This document shows, one piece after another, positions 59,401 to 64,000 of a stretch of DNA of 64,000 bases. The position numbers were made by a program, and so were the translations under genes. How positions within the stretch are numbered: position 1 is the first letter of the stretch; each line of letters starts with the position of its first letter. The DNA is from the human T2T-CHM13v2.0 reference genome, Homo sapiens. Below the pieces are notes generated by a model that was not told where the DNA came from, ran no database searches, and saw nothing but the letters and a program-made list of their open reading frames with translations. Where the stretch lies: NCBI GenBank assembly GCA_009914755.4, contig CP068257.2, positions 10,304,001 to 10,368,000 of the forward strand, read 5' to 3'.

Positions 59401-62400
59401 GTGGAAAAGGAAATAGCTTCATGTAAAAACTAGATAGAAGCATTCTGAGAAACTTCTTTGTGATGTGTGCATTCATCTCCCAGAGTTGAGCCTTTCTCTT
59501 GATGGACCAGTTTTGAAATACTCTTTTTGTAGAATCTACAAGGGGACATTTCGATAGCCTTGGGGCCTCTGGTCCAAAAGGAAATATCTTCACATTAGAA
59601 CTAGACAGAAGAATTCTGAGAAACTTCTTTGTGATGTGTGAGTTCATCTCACAGAGTTAACCTTTCTTTTGATTGAGCAGTTTGGAAACACTGTTTTTGT
59701 AGAATCTACAGGTGGACATTTGGAGCAGTTTGCAAAGTATGGTAGAAAAGGAAATATCATTACATAAAATCTAGGCAGAAGAAATCTTAGAAACTGCTTT
59801 GTGAAGTGTGTGTTCATCTCACAGATATAAACCTTTCTTTTGATTGAGCAGCTTTGAAACTCTCTTTTTGTAGAATTTGCAAGTGGAAATTTTGATCATT
59901 TTGAGACCTATCACGGAAAAAGAAATGTCTTCACATAAAAACTAGACAGAAGTATTTTGAGAAACTTCTTGGTGATGCGAGCATTCATCTCTCAAATTTG
60001 AACCTTTCTTTTGATTGAGCAGTTTTGAAACATTCTTTTTGTAGAATCTGCAAGGGGACATTATAAGTGCTTCGGGTTCTATGGTAGAAAAGGAAATAAC
60101 TTCACATAAAATCTAGACAGAAGCAATCTGAGAAACTTTTTGTGATATGTGCATTCATCTCACAGAGTTAAACCTTCCTTTTGATTGAGCAGTTTTGGAA
60201 GTCTCTTTTAGTAGAATCTGCAAGTGGACATTTGGAGAGCTTTTAGGCCTATGGAAGAAAAGGAAATATCTTCACATAAAAAGTAGACAGAAGAATTCTG
60301 AGAAAATTCTTTGTGATGCCAGCGTTCATCTGACAGAGTTGAACCTTTCTTTTGATTGAGCAGATGGGAAACACTCTTTTTGTAGAATCTGCAAGTGAAC
60401 ATGTGGAGCGCTTTGCGGCCTATGGTAGAAAAGGAATTATCTTCACATAAAATCTAGACAGAAGCAATCTGAGAAAGCTTTTCTTATTGTGTGCATTCAT
60501 CTCACAGTGTTAAACATTTCTTTTGATTGAGCAGTTTTAAAACTCTCTTTTTATAAAATCTGCATGTGGACATTTGAAGCGCCTCGAGGCCCATGGTGCA
60601 AAGGAAAATATATTCACATAAAAACTAGATAGAAGCATTCTGAGCAACCTCTTGGTGATGTGTGCATTCATTTCCCAGAGTTGAACCTTTCTATTGATGG
60701 ACCAGTTTTGTAATAATCTTTTTGTAGAACTTGCAATTGGTCATTTGGAGTGCCTTGAGGCCTATTGTGGAAAATGAAATATCTTCACAACAAAACTGCA
60801 AAGAAGTATTCTGAGCAACTTCTATGCGATGTGTGTGTTCATCCCACAGAGCTGAACCATTTTTTAGATTGAGAAGTTTGGAAACTGTCTTTTTGTAGAA
60901 TCTGCAAGTGGACATTTGGAGCGCTTTGTCACCTACGGTAGAAAAAGGACTATCTTCACATAAAATCTAGACATAAGCAATCAGAGAAACTTCTTTGTGA
61001 TTTGTGCATTCACCTCAGAGAGTTAAACCTTTCTTTTGATTGAGGAGTTTGGAAACTCTCTTTTTGTGGATCTACAAGTGGACTTTTGGAGTGCTTTGGG
61101 GCCTATGGTAGAAAAGGAAATATCTTCACATAAAATCCAGACAGAAGCAACCTGAGAAGCTTGCTTGGATGTGTGCATTCATCTAAGAGAGTTAAACCTT
61201 TCTTTTGATTGAGGAGTTTTGAAACTCTCTCTTTGTAAAATCTGCAAGTGGCCATTTGGAGCACTTTGAGCCCTATGGTGAAAAACGAAATATCTTCACA
61301 TAAAAACTAGACAGAAGAATTCTGAGAAACTTCTTTGTGATGTGTGCGATCATCTCACAGAATTGAAACTTTCTTTTGATTGAGCAGCTTGGAAACACTC
61401 TTTTTGTAGAATCTGCAAGTGGACTTTTGGAACGCTTTGTGGCCCATGTTAGAAAAGGAAATATCTTCACATAAAATCTAGACAGAAGCAATCTGAGAAA
61501 CTCCTTTGTGATGTGTGCATTCATCTAACGGAGTTAAACCTTTCTTTTGGTTGAGCAGTTTTGAAAATCTCTTTTCATAGAATTTGCAAGTGGACATTTG
61601 GAGCACTTTGAGACCTGTGGTGGAAAAGGAAATATCTTCACATAAAAACTAGACAGAAGAATTCTGGGAAACTTCTTTGTGATGTGTGTGTTAATCTCAC
61701 AGAGTTGAACCTTTCTTTTGATTGAGCAGTTTGGAAAAACTCTTTTTCTAGAATCTGCAAATGAACATTTGGTGCGCTTTACAGCCAATGGTAAAAACGG
61801 AATATCTACACATCAAATTTAGAAAGAAGCAATCTGAGAAACTTCTTCGTGATGTGTGCATTCATCTCACAGAGTTAACCCTTTCTTTTGATTGAGAAGT
61901 TTTGAAACTCTCTTTTTGTAGAATCTGCAGGTGGACATTTGGAGCACTTTTAGGCCTATGGTAGAAGAGGAAATGTCTTCACATGAAAACTTGATAGAAG
62001 CATTCTGGCAAACTTCTTTGTGATATGTGCATTCATCTCCCAGAGCTGAAACATTCTTTCAAAGGACCAGTTTTGAAATACTCTTTTTATAGAATGTGCA
62101 AGTGGACATTTTGAGCGCCTTAAGGCCTATGTTTGAAAAGGAAATATCTTCACATAAAAACTACACAGAAGAATTCTGAGAAACTGCTTTGTGATGTGTG
62201 CATTCATCTCACAGAATTGAACCTTTCTTTTGATTCAGCAGTTTGGAAACACTCTTTATGTAGAATCGGCAAGTGGACATTTGGAGTGCTTTGTGGCCTA
62301 TGATAGAAAAGGAAATATTTTCACATAAAATCTAGACCGAAACAATCTGAGAAACTTCTTTGTAATGTGTGCATTCATCTCACAGAGTTAAGCCTCTCTT

Positions 62401-64000
62401 TTGATTGAGCACTTTAGAAACTCTCTTTTTGCAGAATCTGCAGGTGGACATTTGGAGCACTCTGAATCCTATGTTGGAAAAGGAAATGCCATCACATAAA
62501 AACTAAACAGAAGAATCCTAAGAAACTTCTTTGTGATGTGTGAGTTCATTTCACAGAGTTGAGTCTTTCTTTGGATTGAGCAGTTTGGAAATACTCTTTT
62601 TGTAGAATCTACAGGTGGACAATTAGAGCACTTTGTGTCCCATAGTAGAAAAGTAAATAACTTCACATAAAATCTAGACAAAAGCAATGTGAGAAACTTA
62701 CTTGTGATGTGTGCATTCATCTCAGAGTTAAACCTTTCTTTTGATTGATCAGTTTTGAAACTCTCTTTTTGTAGAATCTTCAAGTAAACAATCGGAGCGC
62801 TTTGAGGCCCATGGTGCAAAAGGAAATATCATCACATAAAAACTAGACAGAAGAATTCTGAGAAACTTCTTTGTGATGTGTGCATTCTTCTCACAGAGTT
62901 GAACCTTTCTTTTGATTGAGCAGTTTGGAAACACTCTTTTTGTAGAATCTGCAAGTGCACATTTGGAGAGCTATGCGGTCTATGGTAGAAAAGGAAATAT
63001 CTTCGCATAAAATCTAGACAGAAGTAGTCTGAGAATATTCTTTTTGATGTGTGCATTCTTCTCACGGAGTGAAACTTTTCCTTTGATTGAGCAGTTTCGA
63101 AACTCTCTTTTTGTAAAATCTGCAAGTGAACATTTGGAGTGCTTTGTGGCCTATGATAGAAAAGGAAATATTTTCACTTAAAATCTAGACAGAAGCAATC
63201 TGAGAAACTTCTTTGTGATGTTTGTATTCATCTTACATAGTTAAACCTTTCTTTTGATTGAGCAGTTTTGAAACTCTCTTTTTGTCGAATCTGTAAGAGG
63301 ACATTTGGAGTGCTTTCAGGCCTATGGTGAAAAAGGAAGTATCTTCTCATGAAAACTAGACAGAAGAATTCAGACAAACTTCTTTGTGATGTGTGCATTT
63401 ATCTCACAGACTTGAACCTTTCTTTTGATTGAGCAGTTTGAAACACTCTTTTTGTAGAATCTGCAAGTGGACATTTGGAGCACGTGGAGGCCTATAGTGG
63501 AAATGGAAATGTCTTCACACTAAAAACTAGACAGAAGAATTCTGAGAAACTTCTTTGTGATCTTTGCATTCATCTCACAGAGTTGAACCTTTCTTTTCAT
63601 TGAGCAGTTTGAAAACACTCTTTTTGTAGAATCGGCAAGTGGACATTTGGAACGCATTGCAGTCTATGATGGAAAAGGAAATATCTCCACATAAAATCTA
63701 GACAGAAGCAATCTGAGAAACTTCTTTGTGATGGGTGCATTCATCTCACAGAGTTAAAACTTTCTTTTGATTGAGCAGTTTTAAAATTCTCTTTTTATAG
63801 AATCTGTAAGTGGACATTTGGAGCGTTTTGCAGCTTATGGTAGGAAAGGAAATATCTTCATATAATATCTAGACAGAAGCAATCTGAGAAATTTCTTTTG
63901 ATTTGTGCATTCATCTCACAGATGTAAACCTTTGTTTTGATAGAGCAGTTTTGAAACTCTCTTTTTGTAGAATCTGTAAGTGGACATTTGGAGCGCTTTG
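53441..64000 (+). repeat. Alpha satellite, dimeric family D2, A orientation. This is the same family as 39.8-47.66 kb but in inverted orientation.
   Basis: Alternating monomers carry ...gagttgaacctttcttttgattgagcagtttggaaacactc... (reverse complement of Y) and ...gagttaaacctttcttttgattgagcagttttgaaactctc... (reverse complement of X). ...tctgcaagtggacatttggagcgctttgaggcctatggtggaaaaggaaatatcttcacataaaa(a/t)ctagacagaag(a/c)aa(t)tctgagaaac is the reverse complement of aatgtccacttgcag. A diverged variant (ttgatggaccagttttgaaatactc) recurs irregularly at about 54880, 55745, 56075, 56765, 57790, 58305, 59500, 60690 and 62055. Confidence 0.9.

Overview
This window is primate (most likely human) pericentromeric satellite DNA. 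It is not a gene-bearing or prokaryotic locus, and I find no defence system, operon or other novel coding system in it. The basis throughout is my own by-eye reading of the sequence plus recalled consensus sequences for alpha satellite, L1 and Alu; nothing was computed or searched.

Layout, left to right:
- 1-3637 is Satellite III / HSat3, written on the + strand as (CCATT/CCACT)n, i.e. (GGAAT)n on the other strand. A ~50-bp Alu-derived fragment sits inside it and is tandemly duplicated with a 420-bp period.
- At about 3637 the HSat3 abuts about 51 kb of 171-bp alpha-satellite monomers (roughly 300 monomers) with no intervening sequence.
- The alpha satellite changes orientation twice. It runs in consensus (A) orientation from 3.6 to 20.2 kb, reverse-complement (B) orientation from 20.2 to 47.66 kb, and A again from 53.44 kb to the end of the window.
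- At least three monomer families are present:
  - M, a divergent monomeric family (...caaagggatatttgtgag...), in A orientation at 3.6-20.2 kb and in B orientation at 20.2-25.8 kb.
  - D1 (...caagtggatatttggag..., cagttttgaaac), B orientation, 25.8 to about 39.8 kb.
  - D2, a dimeric family of alternating X/Y monomers. It is in B orientation at about 39.8-47.66 kb and in A orientation at 53.44-64.0 kb.
- Four L1 insertions interrupt the alpha satellite:
  - a 3' fragment on the minus strand at 4413-5584;
  - a 3' fragment on the plus strand at 13066-13510;
  - a twin-priming-type inverted and deleted L1 at 16783-18354;
  - a nearly full-length but ORF-disrupted L1PA-like element on the minus strand at about 47657-53440, which sits exactly at the second orientation switch.
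- I saw no canonical CENP-B box. The pJalpha-type motif (ctatggtgaaaaagga) dominates, which fits inactive pericentromeric alpha satellite rather than a kinetochore higher-order-repeat array.

Every ORF in the supplied track outside the L1 bodies is a translation artefact of the repeats.
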